Origin: Escherichia coli O157:H7 str. 2011EL-2287
Lineage (GTDB): Bacteria; Pseudomonadota; Gammaproteobacteria; Enterobacterales; Enterobacteriaceae
Length of the DNA stretch: 64,000 nucleotides
Assembly: GCA_000614405.2 (NCBI GenBank)
Contig: GCA_000614405.2_3612.1
Strand: one strand, 5' to 3'
Part shown: in pieces, positions 36,739 to 45,263 of the stretch
Layout: each line of letters opens with the position of its first letter
Position numbering within the stretch: position 1 is the first letter of the stretch
The notes under the pieces: model-generated
The model's database searches: none
Told to the model about the DNA's origin: nothing
The model's input: only the letters and a program-made list of their open reading frames with translations
Position numbers and translations under genes: made by a program

Positions 36739-37272
36739 CTACAGATGGTTGCTTATGGTGTCAAGAAAATTATCTCGTTCTTTCTCGGAGTTTTCACGGG
36801 TGTAGCTGAAAAACATATCTAGAATAACCTTATTGATATATTCCAGCTCCTCTGTGTTCAGGTACTTAGCAGGATCTACAATGACATCCCAAATATCATA
36901 CAGACCACACTCATGATATCCATAACGCCACTCAATTGTCAAGCTGAGCGGCAAATCTTTACCGTCACAAACAACCTTCCATCTACATATGTTGGTATCT
37001 GGGCGTATCTGTGCACGGTATACCTGTACAAAATCCAATTTGAATTTGAGGTATTCGTCATGCAATTTAAGCACAAAGCTCTCGATTTGTGGAGACACTT
37101 TTGCAGCAAACTGTGCGTATTTGTATTTGCACTGGATGATCTTTCTGCGTTTTGCAGTTAAATTTTTTGCCGCCAGTTGTTCTTCAGTGTATCTCCACCT
37201 ACGATCAACAAACGCAACAGGGTCTTTGTCCCCATAGAGGTCTTCCCAGTTAATCAGAAGCATACCTGTCAC
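36739..37272 (-). CDS. hypothetical protein
   Basis: 177-aa ORF. Confidence 0.5.
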   Translation of the reverse strand: MTGMLLINWEDLYGDKDPVAFVDRRWRYTEEQLAAKNLTAKRRKIIQCKYKYAQFAAKVSPQIESFVLKLHDEYLKFKLDFVQVYRAQIRPDTNICRWKVVCDGKDLPLSLTIEWRYGYHECGLYDIWDVIVDPAKYLNTEELEYINKVILDMFFSYTRENSEKERDNFLDTISNHL

Positions 37273-37502
37273 TCCTCCACAACTTCAAGGCCTTTACCGC
37301 CTCGCTCTGGCAGATTACTTAAAGATAGGTAATACATATAATCAGGAGAGATCCTGCCAGACTCTGCACCTGCAGATAGTAAATCTTTTCCCTTAACCAT
37401 GACAACATTATCGTTTGCAGATAGTCGTTTTGCTTCCACAATTTTACCAACGCAGTCAACCAAGGAAGGGTACCCTAAATCTGTAAGAAATTTAACTTTC
37501 AT
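37269..37502 (-). CDS. hypothetical small acidic protein (MKVK family)
   Basis: ORF; MKVKFL...GKDLLSAGA...EVVEE. Confidence 0.55.
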   Translation of the reverse strand: MKVKFLTDLGYPSLVDCVGKIVEAKRLSANDNVVMVKGKDLLSAGAESGRISPDYMYYLSLSNLPERGGKGLEVVEE

Positions 37503-37541
37503 GCTACCTCCTACTTCTACCGTCCCTGGTAAGATAAATTA

Positions 37542-37940
37542 TTACTGAACAAAGCGCGGAGCTGGGAAGGATAACTCTTCTAAAGAGAAGATTTCATTCC
37601 CCACAATCCATGTTGCAGGATCATCTGGGTTGACTGGATAGATAATCATCACCTCGTCAGTGTTACATACCCGCTTTTTACCTGTGGAGTCATCAGCAAC
37701 CAGCATGCGCGGTTCTTCAGAAATGCACAGGTAGCCTCCTCGGCCCACTGTTCCTTCCACAGGGTCTTGCCCTTTGATCACGATGATTATCTTCTCTCCT
37801 GAGGCGATATTACCTTGCACACTCACCGTTTGACCAACCTTGGATGTGCCAATCTTAGTGACTTCGAACATTACATCCCGAATTACTGTTGCATAATCGC
37901 CAGACACTTTCTTACCTTCTTTAGTGATCTCAATCTTCAT
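37542..37940 (-). CDS. hypothetical protein
   Basis: ORF. Confidence 0.5.
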   Translation of the reverse strand: MKIEITKEGKKVSGDYATVIRDVMFEVTKIGTSKVGQTVSVQGNIASGEKIIIVIKGQDPVEGTVGRGGYLCISEEPRMLVADDSTGKKRVCNTDEVMIIYPVNPDDPATWIVGNEIFSLEELSFPAPRFVQ

Positions 37941-38209
37941 ACACTGGGCTCCTTAAATGAATCTATGTAATCAATTAAATCCCAAGCATCCCTATGACCT
38001 GTCAGAGGGTATACTTCTCCAAGAGGGATCATAGCAATAAGTCTATCAAAAACCCAATCTGGACGCAACATTTTATGGTGATACTCCCACTCACCTTCTA
38101 CAGACTTTTTCTGAGTGATCAGGATCTCTGTGTAGTGTTTCGCCTGTCTTGAGTAGATTGAGAATGACTTGTACATAAATGGCCCCCTCTTGTTGAAAAC
38201 AAAATACAC
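37937..38209 (-). CDS. hypothetical protein
   Basis: ORF. Confidence 0.5.
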   Translation of the reverse strand: MYFVFNKRGPFMYKSFSIYSRQAKHYTEILITQKKSVEGEWEYHHKMLRPDWVFDRLIAMIPLGEVYPLTGHRDAWDLIDYIDSFKEPSV

Positions 38210-38211
38210 TA

Positions 38212-38526
38212 CTACCAGGTCACTGTCAAGTAGGCAACCGTGTTATTTTTCTCTGGAGAGATGCCAACAACATCTACCTGTAGACCTCCTGCCCTCAAAT
38301 CCCCAACAATATGCGGGAAGTAATCTGAGAGATGCGAGGGTAGATTTATCGAAAATCCGCATCCCAGAAAGCCTGCTAACGCTTTATTTTGTATCTCCCC
38401 TACAATCGCATCATAAATGGAGTTAAGCTCGTCAGGGAGCGTTACAGGACGTTTTAGCGCTAACTGGTGTAATTTGTCCTTAGCACTCATTTTCATTTCA
38501 GGTCTACCTCTGGTGGTGCCAACCAC
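38212..38526 (-). CDS. hypothetical protein
   Basis: ORF overlapping the end of the upstream methyltransferase gene. Confidence 0.45.
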   Translation of the reverse strand: MVGTTRGRPEMKMSAKDKLHQLALKRPVTLPDELNSIYDAIVGEIQNKALAGFLGCGFSINLPSHLSDYFPHIVGDLRAGGLQVDVVGISPEKNNTVAYLTVTW

Positions 38527-39026
38527 ATAAATGGCGGCAAGCCTAAACGGTTTTTCTTATCCCACACAAAATATGCATATGCTTGCCCGTCAGTTCTGCC
38601 ATTTGATTGAAATGACGGACGCTTAGATATTGTGATCACAGTGGTAGGTGCATTATCAAGCCACCATTCAAATCTGGCTTTGCTTTCCAGAAAATTAAGA
38701 CGTAAAAGCATAATAACTACGTCAGCATCTTTCAACGCCTTGTCTACAAACTCACGAGCCAAGCTGTATGGTGGGTTGGTGATAATACAGTCAACATGGT
38801 TGTATTCTGTATTCAGATAGTCAACACCTTCTTGGATTTCTCCCCATGCAGATCCTAACGGCATACGGGAGTAGAACACACCTGAGGCACTATTCCTGCA
38901 AGGCTCTAAGTAGGTCCAGTCTTCTGGGAACGGAATAAGGTCATACAGCCCTTCTGCACACCACTCCGGTGTCACATACTCATCGTAGGCGTTACGTTGT
39001 TCATCAGGTTTTCTAGCACAAGTCAT
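38493..39026 (-). CDS. DNA methyltransferase (N6-adenine or N4-cytosine class)
   Basis: Catalytic motif IV ITNPPY. Confidence 0.7.
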   Translation of the reverse strand: MTCARKPDEQRNAYDEYVTPEWCAEGLYDLIPFPEDWTYLEPCRNSASGVFYSRMPLGSAWGEIQEGVDYLNTEYNHVDCIITNPPYSLAREFVDKALKDADVVIMLLRLNFLESKARFEWWLDNAPTTVITISKRPSFQSNGRTDGQAYAYFVWDKKNRLGLPPFMWLAPPEVDLK

Positions 39027-39047
39027 GCAAATCTCCAGATCATAAAA

Positions 39048-39067
39048 GCCCTCCGAAGAGGGCTTTA
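39048..39067 (-). terminator. terminator-like hairpin after the ClpP-like gene (minus strand)
   Basis: AAGCCCTC-TTCG-GAGGGCTT followed by TTATGATC on minus strand. Confidence 0.4.
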
Positions 39068-39077
39068 GAATTAATGT

Positions 39078-40127
39078 TTAAACTTCTTCGACAATTCCTG
39101 CACCCAGGATTTTTTCATTGAGCTCTTTTGCTGTTTTAATAATATTATCTACCAGACGCTTGCGAGTCTTATCTTTCACCTTAACCTCTTCACCGCCGTT
39201 CAGAGTAGTCTTCAATTGAGACAGAATATCCTGAAGTTCAACGACAGAGAATCTCTGCAGATCTTCTGAAGTAATCTCACCCAGGGCAATTCGGACGGTC
39301 TCGCCACTTTCCATCTGCAGATTCAGGAACACAGTGTGAACATCACCTTTCGAACCACCCGCTTTTGCAGATTCAACAGCATGAACTAACTCATCTAAAG
39401 ATGTGCACTGGTGAATCTCCGGAAGACCTGCTTCACCTAACACGCCTTCTTCATCACCTTTTGCCAGAAGCTTTTTCGGTTTTTGTCCGTTCTGGATGCG
39501 TTGTATGTTGCCTTCATCCAGAATAATAGCTCCAGTGCGTGCTGCCAGCTCTTCTCCGTCCAACCACACTTCGCCACCAGCTGTGATGGATGCGATCTCA
39601 TCTTCTGTCAGCACCCCACCGTAGTATTTTTCGATTAAGCGTTCGAAACGTTTTTTCCAGTAGCTGACCTGAGTATTCATGTTCACACCGTTACCATAAG
39701 TGCCACCTTGGTAGTAGTGGAACATAAACTCTGTGTCCGGAGCCACAGTGCGTTCTTTGCAACCCAGCCATAAGATTGTTCCCGCAGAGCAGCACATCCC
39801 TTCAGCATGTGCAACAACGCTTGCCTGAGACTCGCGGAATGCCTGCAGATAAGCCATTGCAATGTGCACGCAACCCCCAGGACTATTGATGATCACCCGA
39901 ATGCTTTCTTCCGGCTGAGCCATACGGATCGTCTGCAGACGAGACATATGATCTTGTAAGTCTTCCAAATCGTCGATATAAAGAACGTGGTCAACAACTG
40001 GTGTTGGGTAGCTGTATGTTTCCATAATACCACCCGGCATACCGAACATTTTATTACTCATAGGTTCGAAACCGTTCTGTTTTTCTTTCATGCCGTGTAC
40101 CATGGTGCTACGAGGTGTTAAATTCAT
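39078..40127 (-). CDS. ClpP-family serine protease homolog with about 150-aa C-terminal extension
   Basis: INSPGGCVH motif and ClpP-like Ser (CCSAGT) context; 349 aa. Confidence 0.65.
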   Translation of the reverse strand: MNLTPRSTMVHGMKEKQNGFEPMSNKMFGMPGGIMETYSYPTPVVDHVLYIDDLEDLQDHMSRLQTIRMAQPEESIRVIINSPGGCVHIAMAYLQAFRESQASVVAHAEGMCCSAGTILWLGCKERTVAPDTEFMFHYYQGGTYGNGVNMNTQVSYWKKRFERLIEKYYGGVLTEDEIASITAGGEVWLDGEELAARTGAIILDEGNIQRIQNGQKPKKLLAKGDEEGVLGEAGLPEIHQCTSLDELVHAVESAKAGGSKGDVHTVFLNLQMESGETVRIALGEITSEDLQRFSVVELQDILSQLKTTLNGGEEVKVKDKTRKRLVDNIIKTAKELNEKILGAGIVEEV

Positions 40128-40187
40128 GAGAAATCCTTAATATTGGAAGTTGAAAGCTATTTATTTAAACCTGATTCACATTTACCT

Positions 40188-40499
40188 TTATTTAGCAATC
40201 ACTATAGAGTACTTACGATTGTCAGAAGCATCGCAGCTCAATGATTGCCAGTCTACCACATACCACGTATCATTGTCAACAATCACTTTATCGCCTGTTC
40301 TGTAGCAGGTGCTGCTTTCAATAATCCGAGACTCGATAAAGAATCTGTGTCGGCGCTCACGTAGCAACGCTAAGTTGATTATATTGCCACCACTGTCCTT
40401 GATCCATACATTCTTGGATCCTTTATATGCCAGAATTGTCTCGCCGTTATAGACAAACAGGCAGTATATTTTATTTAGTTTCTCTTGTATTGTGGCCAT
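40188..40499 (-). CDS. hypothetical protein
   Basis: ORF. Confidence 0.5.
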   Translation of the reverse strand: MATIQEKLNKIYCLFVYNGETILAYKGSKNVWIKDSGGNIINLALLRERRHRFFIESRIIESSTCYRTGDKVIVDNDTWYVVDWQSLSCDASDNRKYSIVIAK

Positions 40500-40602
40500 A
40501 CTATCTCCTTCTCCTTGTCTTGTCCGATAATAATATCTAAAGCTTACCTGTTTGTCAACAACTGTTTTAGATATTTAAGGGTGGAATAACCACCCTTCTG
40601 TA

Positions 40603-41391
40603 TTACTCGGAAACAGGGGTCCAAATATGATTTGCACGATCCTCTATAAGATTGAGAGCAATCTGACGACCCAACCCGGAACGAACGACATCGTCTGGAC
40701 TATCAAAGCTGATCATTCCAACCTCGGGATCTGGATGACGAGTAAAGAAATCCGTCACCCATGCAAGGCCAGATTTACCAGGGATGTCACGTTGACTATT
40801 ATCGCCCATAATTACAAGGGTGGCCTGATCAGAGATCCTTGTAATAATTGACAACATTTCTTCAGGGTTAGTTTGCTGTGCCTCGTCAATCAGGACAAAG
40901 CATCGCTCATCGAAACTACGACCACGAATGCTTTCAACTTCACAAATCTCGATACGGCTGTTCTGACCATCTCCCAGCATTGCGGCAAAAGCACCTTTGC
41001 CAACACGACGACAAATAGTGTCCATCATGCTTCGAAGATAGGGCCACAGTTTTTGCATTGCATTCCCTGGTTTAAATCCTGAAGTCTTTCCTGTCTGAAC
41101 GTAAGGACGTGCAACAATGATCTTATCAATCTCGTTCTTACGCAGAAGATCACCTGCATATGCAGATGCCATGAATGTCTTACCGGATCCAAACACACCG
41201 TTTACAATAATAATCTTACGTGACCCTAGATAATCAAGATACTTTTGCTGCTTCTTATTCATTGGTCGGAGAGCTGGAGCAGTGTGCTCTCTTTCGTCAG
41301 CAAATTTCTCAGCAGCCTTACGCAGGCGATCAGATTTGCGAGCCTCTCTAGCTTCATCACGCATGCGTTTTGTTTCTTTAGCTCGACCCAT
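40603..41391 (-). CDS. phoH: PhoH-like ATPase
   Basis: Walker A GVFGSGKTFMA; Walker B-like VLIDEAQ; 262 aa. Confidence 0.75.
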   Translation of the reverse strand: MGRAKETKRMRDEAREARKSDRLRKAAEKFADEREHTAPALRPMNKKQQKYLDYLGSRKIIIVNGVFGSGKTFMASAYAGDLLRKNEIDKIIVARPYVQTGKTSGFKPGNAMQKLWPYLRSMMDTICRRVGKGAFAAMLGDGQNSRIEICEVESIRGRSFDERCFVLIDEAQQTNPEEMLSIITRISDQATLVIMGDNSQRDIPGKSGLAWVTDFFTRHPDPEVGMISFDSPDDVVRSGLGRQIALNLIEDRANHIWTPVSE

Positions 41392-41429
41392 GTTGGGACT
41401 CCTTTCAGATTGAGATGTGCCAAGTACTT

Positions 41430-41780
41430 TTACTGCAACAGTTTTTCAATAGCCGCTTCCATGCTGCTTGCAACAGCCTGAACTCGGATATTCATCTCTT
41501 CTTGGTGGATCAGCTCCTTAAGCTCTTTAATGGTAAATTCTTTAGAGAAACCTTCCACCATAATCTTGTGTAAGGCTTCTTGCGTGTCTACTTGCAAGAA
41601 CTTTTCCAGTTTGTTGGCAGAGGCTTCTAAATCAGCCCGAATGCGAGGGTCATCTGTGCGATTCAGCATTAGGCGTAAGCCATCAAGATTAGTAGAAATA
41701 GCGTCTGCATGTTGAGTAACTAACCGTGGCAAAATGAGATCTACAAACTTATTAGCCAAATCGATACGTTCTTGTGTCAC
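41430..41780 (-). CDS. hypothetical protein
   Basis: ORF. Confidence 0.5.
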   Translation of the reverse strand: MTQERIDLANKFVDLILPRLVTQHADAISTNLDGLRLMLNRTDDPRIRADLEASANKLEKFLQVDTQEALHKIMVEGFSKEFTIKELKELIHQEEMNIRVQAVASSMEAAIEKLLQ

Positions 41781-41954
41781 TGTTGCACCCCCTCTTCATC
41801 CTCATGATGTTTCTTTTCACGCTTGTGTTTTTTCTTGAGCTCAAGCGCAATTTCTTTTTTGTACGCCTTCTTCAAGGCTTTTTTAGCCATTTGGCACCTC
41901 CTCTGCTTTCATTTTACGATAATTATACCTATCTAAACAAAGCTTTGTCAACAG

Positions 41955-42428
41955 CTAGTCTACCTGGACCCAACCGCCTGATACTTTTTTAAACATTCTT
42001 TGGTTATCACTGCCTCGGAACGGTTTCTTGGTTGGTAAATCTTTTACATACTTACCGTCAATGATGATATCAGCCAGTTTAAGAACATCACTAGAGATAT
42101 GGTCAAATGTGAACCCAGTATATACAAGAATAGTTTTCTTGTCACCAAATTTTTCCTTAATTTTCTCCATCAGGCTAATAATATCTGGCTCATTATAGTA
42201 TGCTAAGGGTTCTCCACCCAGCAGAGAGATACCGCACACAGACGGGTTATCTAAATCTGACAAGATTTTTTGCAAGTCTTCTTCAGTAAACTCTCTTCCC
42301 TTATCTTTTGACCAAAATGCCTGATTAAAGCAACCAGGGCAAGCGTGTGGGCACCCAGATACCCACAAGGCAGTTCTAATACCTGGCCCTTCGGTGTAAG
42401 ATATTTCTGTGTATCCGGCAATATTCAT
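41955..42428 (-). CDS. nrdG: anaerobic ribonucleotide reductase activating protein (radical SAM)
   Basis: CPHACPGC radical-SAM cysteine motif; 157 aa; adjacent to nrdD. Confidence 0.8.
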   Translation of the reverse strand: MNIAGYTEISYTEGPGIRTALWVSGCPHACPGCFNQAFWSKDKGREFTEEDLQKILSDLDNPSVCGISLLGGEPLAYYNEPDIISLMEKIKEKFGDKKTILVYTGFTFDHISSDVLKLADIIIDGKYVKDLPTKKPFRGSDNQRMFKKVSGGWVQVD

Positions 42429-42541
42429 AGATACTCCGCATCACATTTAGGGCAATGCCAAATAAAATCGTCCAGTGCCTTGCACCAACGAAGATTGCAA
42501 CGACAACCACACTTGCAAATTTTATAAATACCTGTAGACAT
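42425..42541 (-). CDS. small cysteine-rich protein (38 aa, 8 Cys) translationally coupled to nrdG
   Basis: ORF below cutoff; strong SD AGGAGG 6 nt before ATG; stop overlaps nrdG start (ATGA); CKCGCRC...C...CPKC. Confidence 0.5.
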   Translation of the reverse strand: MSTGIYKICKCGCRCNLRWCKALDDFIWHCPKCDAEYL

Positions 42542-42604
42542 ACTGTACCTCCTAGCTCACTGTGTGTCAATAATATGCCACATCCTTGTGGCTTTTGTCA
42601 AGTA

Positions 42605-43867
42605 TCAGCAACCACAACTTCCGTAGTGCTTAACCCGTTCTATAACTTCCGCTTGCTTACCTTTATTGTAAGGACGGGAGTTTGGACTAGACAGGTACCC
42701 GGATACACGTCTGATCACACTGATCGTTCCCTCTTCATGGTTTCCACACTCTGGGCATACGAATCCCTTAGCTGTTGCACTGAACTCACCAGAGAAACCA
42801 CACTTAAGACATTTATCCACAGGCTGGTTGATACCAAAATACATAATGTGTTTATATCCAAAATCAACAAGAGCTTCCAAAGCATCTAAGTTGTTTTTCA
42901 GATTTGGTGTCTCTACGTATCCGATGTTGCCACCAGAGGAGATCATAGCAAAACCTTCCTCATACGCCCACTTATCAAAAGGAGAGCTATTGATCCATAC
43001 TGGCTGATGGAAACTGTTGGTGAGATATTCATGCTCGTGCTTCAACACTTCAGGATATTCACGATCCAGACAGGTTGCAGCTTTATAGCATAGACTCTCA
43101 GAAGGGGTGCCGTACAAGCTAAACGCTAGTCTACTTTCCTTCTTGTATCGCTCACAAGCATCTCTCATGTGCTGAAGTATTCCAAGAGCTAAAGCCTTGT
43201 CACCCTCCCTGCCCAAAATCTGACAGGTTTCATACACACCAATATACCCAATACTGATGGAAGCGTACCCGTCATAGAAGAGTTTATCAATACTCTCTTC
43301 AGGATCCAGGCGAGCAAGAGCGCCTTCACACCACATGATAGGGTTCTGCCCTGCCTTTGTTCCTTTTAGACGGTTAACCCTTACAAGGTGAGCCTCGTAT
43401 GCAAGATCCAGGTATTCGTCAAGAACTGCAAAGAAATCAACACCTTCCGTTTTAGCTTTTGCCGCAATCATTGGCAGGTTAAGGCTAACAACGCCTAAGT
43501 TAAATCTGCCAAGGTATTTCTCCTCGCCTGTTTCCAAGTCATTATATTTGCTAAGAAAACTCCGGCAACCCATGCTCGTTACTTTACCATCTGTCGAGCC
43601 TGTCACTTTACGATTTAGTGGAACAGAAACAAAGTCAGGATAAATCCGCTCTGCAGAGCATTCCAGAGCTAATCGTTTCAAATCATAGTTAGGATCTCCA
43701 GGGTTCATGTTGACACCCTCTTCTAGGAAGAACAGCACTTTAGGGAACACAGGTGTGATACGTTCTTCACCAAGACCCATTTTGTGGACTTTCAAGTAAT
43801 TTTTGGTAATCATTCTACCAAAGACCGAGGTATCCAGTCCTAAACTTAATGTGATAAAAGGGGTTTG
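42605..43867 (-). CDS. nrdD: anaerobic ribonucleoside-triphosphate reductase, exon 2 (C-terminal part with glycyl-radical and Zn-ribbon motifs)
   Basis: Frame open upstream of first ATG (43813) back to 43867, encoding QTPFITLSLGLDTS; glycyl radical motif RRVSGYL; CxxC...CxxC ribbon. Confidence 0.8.
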   Translation of the reverse strand, partial: QTPFITLSLGLDTSVFGRMITKNYLKVHKMGLGEERITPVFPKVLFFLEEGVNMNPGDPNYDLKRLALECSAERIYPDFVSVPLNRKVTGSTDGKVTSMGCRSFLSKYNDLETGEEKYLGRFNLGVVSLNLPMIAAKAKTEGVDFFAVLDEYLDLAYEAHLVRVNRLKGTKAGQNPIMWCEGALARLDPEESIDKLFYDGYASISIGYIGVYETCQILGREGDKALALGILQHMRDACERYKKESRLAFSLYGTPSESLCYKAATCLDREYPEVLKHEHEYLTNSFHQPVWINSSPFDKWAYEEGFAMISSGGNIGYVETPNLKNNLDALEALVDFGYKHIMYFGINQPVDKCLKCGFSGEFSATAKGFVCPECGNHEEGTISVIRRVSGYLSSPNSRPYNKGKQAEVIERVKHYGSCGC

Positions 43868-44124
43868 CGGTCCCCACCCTTATGTTTCCACAAGGCCAGA
43901 CTATCTCTTGCCTGAAATCACACCGTGTGATTCTTAATCAGACCTCTGCGTTTCGGAATCTTCCATAATCCCTACACCAAAAGGTTAGTCGTTACAACCG
44001 CCTCACTCCTTGTGAAGCTAGTCACGGGATTGGCATAGCTTGAGCCTTAGCGTTCCCCGTTAGCCAGCGATCAGCTGACCCCTCATACTGAGGTTAGCAG
44101 AGTTTTAAAACGGCCAGTTTGTTA
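43868..44124 (-). ncRNA. putative group I intron interrupting nrdD
   Basis: 257-nt gap between nrdD halves; follows U of GGU, ends in G; minus-strand segments resemble group I core elements (AAGAGAUAGUCUGG, AACGACUAACC). Confidence 0.55.
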
Positions 44125-44985
44125 ACCGTTGACAGAAGTTAACGTATTGATTTGATAGAGCAAAGTCTGCATGCTGTCAAATACGTCTTTATCTGTCATT
44201 TGCATTGCAACAGTCTCAGCATCTGGCAACCAATGTTCTTGGCAAAATTTAAGGTTCTTCTCATAGGTCGCTTCAGCATACTGTGCCAGATAATGATCAA
44301 TATGGCTCATAGTCTGACCCCCATATTGAGCACTAGCTACTGCACTAGAGATTTGGCTAAGGATTGTTGTTGCAACCCCTATTGACTTCGGCTTACTGAC
44401 ATGGGCGTTACCAATGTTGAATCCGTTTTCCAACATATCTGGATAATTTACCAAACAACAGTTTGTTAACGGACTGATCAAGTAGTCAAGATCATGCACA
44501 TGGATGAAGCCTTTATTGTGCTCTTCTGAGACACGGTCTGGCAGGATCTGTGTTGATGCAAGGTGTTTGCTAAGGATGCCTGCAAGCAGGTCACGATGAG
44601 TGTGTACATGATTGGTAGGCTTATTTGCGTTTTCTTTTGTAAATTCATCACAAGTGCGATCCAAGAAGCCACTAATATCTGCAAGCAGTTTTCCACCTGC
44701 CTCTCTGTTATTATCTCTTGTCTGCCTATACTGGATGTATTCTCTGGCTGCACATTTTAAACCCATATCCATAAGAGCGTCTTCAACAAGGATATGGATA
44801 TTTTTTACAGAGATCGTGCACTGGTCGATTGGTAGATTGTTAGCAACAACTTCATTAACCGCGCAGGCGATCCGGTAAGCTTCTTCTTCAGTATGTCCAG
44901 ACTCAAGTAAGGCGGACTCTGCCGCCTTGATCACCTTAATTCCGTTATAGAACTCTTCTCTACCGTCCCGTTTTACAACTTTCAC
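44122..44985 (-). CDS. nrdD: anaerobic ribonucleoside-triphosphate reductase, exon 1 (N-terminal part; ORF as read includes intron-encoded stop, exon end about 44125)
   Basis: 287-aa ORF ending ...YQINTLTSVNG, a conserved NrdD motif that continues as QTPF in exon 2. Confidence 0.8.
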   Translation of the reverse strand: MKVVKRDGREEFYNGIKVIKAAESALLESGHTEEEAYRIACAVNEVVANNLPIDQCTISVKNIHILVEDALMDMGLKCAAREYIQYRQTRDNNREAGGKLLADISGFLDRTCDEFTKENANKPTNHVHTHRDLLAGILSKHLASTQILPDRVSEEHNKGFIHVHDLDYLISPLTNCCLVNYPDMLENGFNIGNAHVSKPKSIGVATTILSQISSAVASAQYGGQTMSHIDHYLAQYAEATYEKNLKFCQEHWLPDAETVAMQMTDKDVFDSMQTLLYQINTLTSVNG

Positions 44986-45260
44986 TTTTTCTCTCCAAAA
45001 CCATTCTTAACAAAAGAGATGAAATCGTCAGCACCGCCTATATGGACACTGTCAAGATCGCTCTCTAAGAAGATCTGCGGCAACGTTCTAGGGACGATTG
45101 GACTACACTTCTCAATAAGCTCTTCTTTTGTATAGCCCTCGCCAAGTGTCTTATATACAAAAGGCAGATCTTTGCTGACTGCAAATTCTTTTGCTCTTAC
45201 ACAATGTGGGCAGTTATCTTTACCGTAAATGATAAAGAAAAAAGATTTTTCACAGCTCAT
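44982..45260 (-). CDS. glutaredoxin/NrdH-like redoxin
   Basis: CPHC active-site motif; 92 aa; adjacent to nrd genes. Confidence 0.7.
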   Translation of the reverse strand: MSCEKSFFFIIYGKDNCPHCVRAKEFAVSKDLPFVYKTLGEGYTKEELIEKCSPIVPRTLPQIFLESDLDSVHIGGADDFISFVKNGFGEKK

Positions 45261-45263
45261 ATA

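Noticed and set aside
41778-41892. Apparent small basic ORF between 41430-41780 and nrdG on the minus strand
   Set aside because: On careful re-reading the frame hits a stop after 5 codons (ATG GCT AAA AAG CCT TGA); initial impression came from miscounting an A run.
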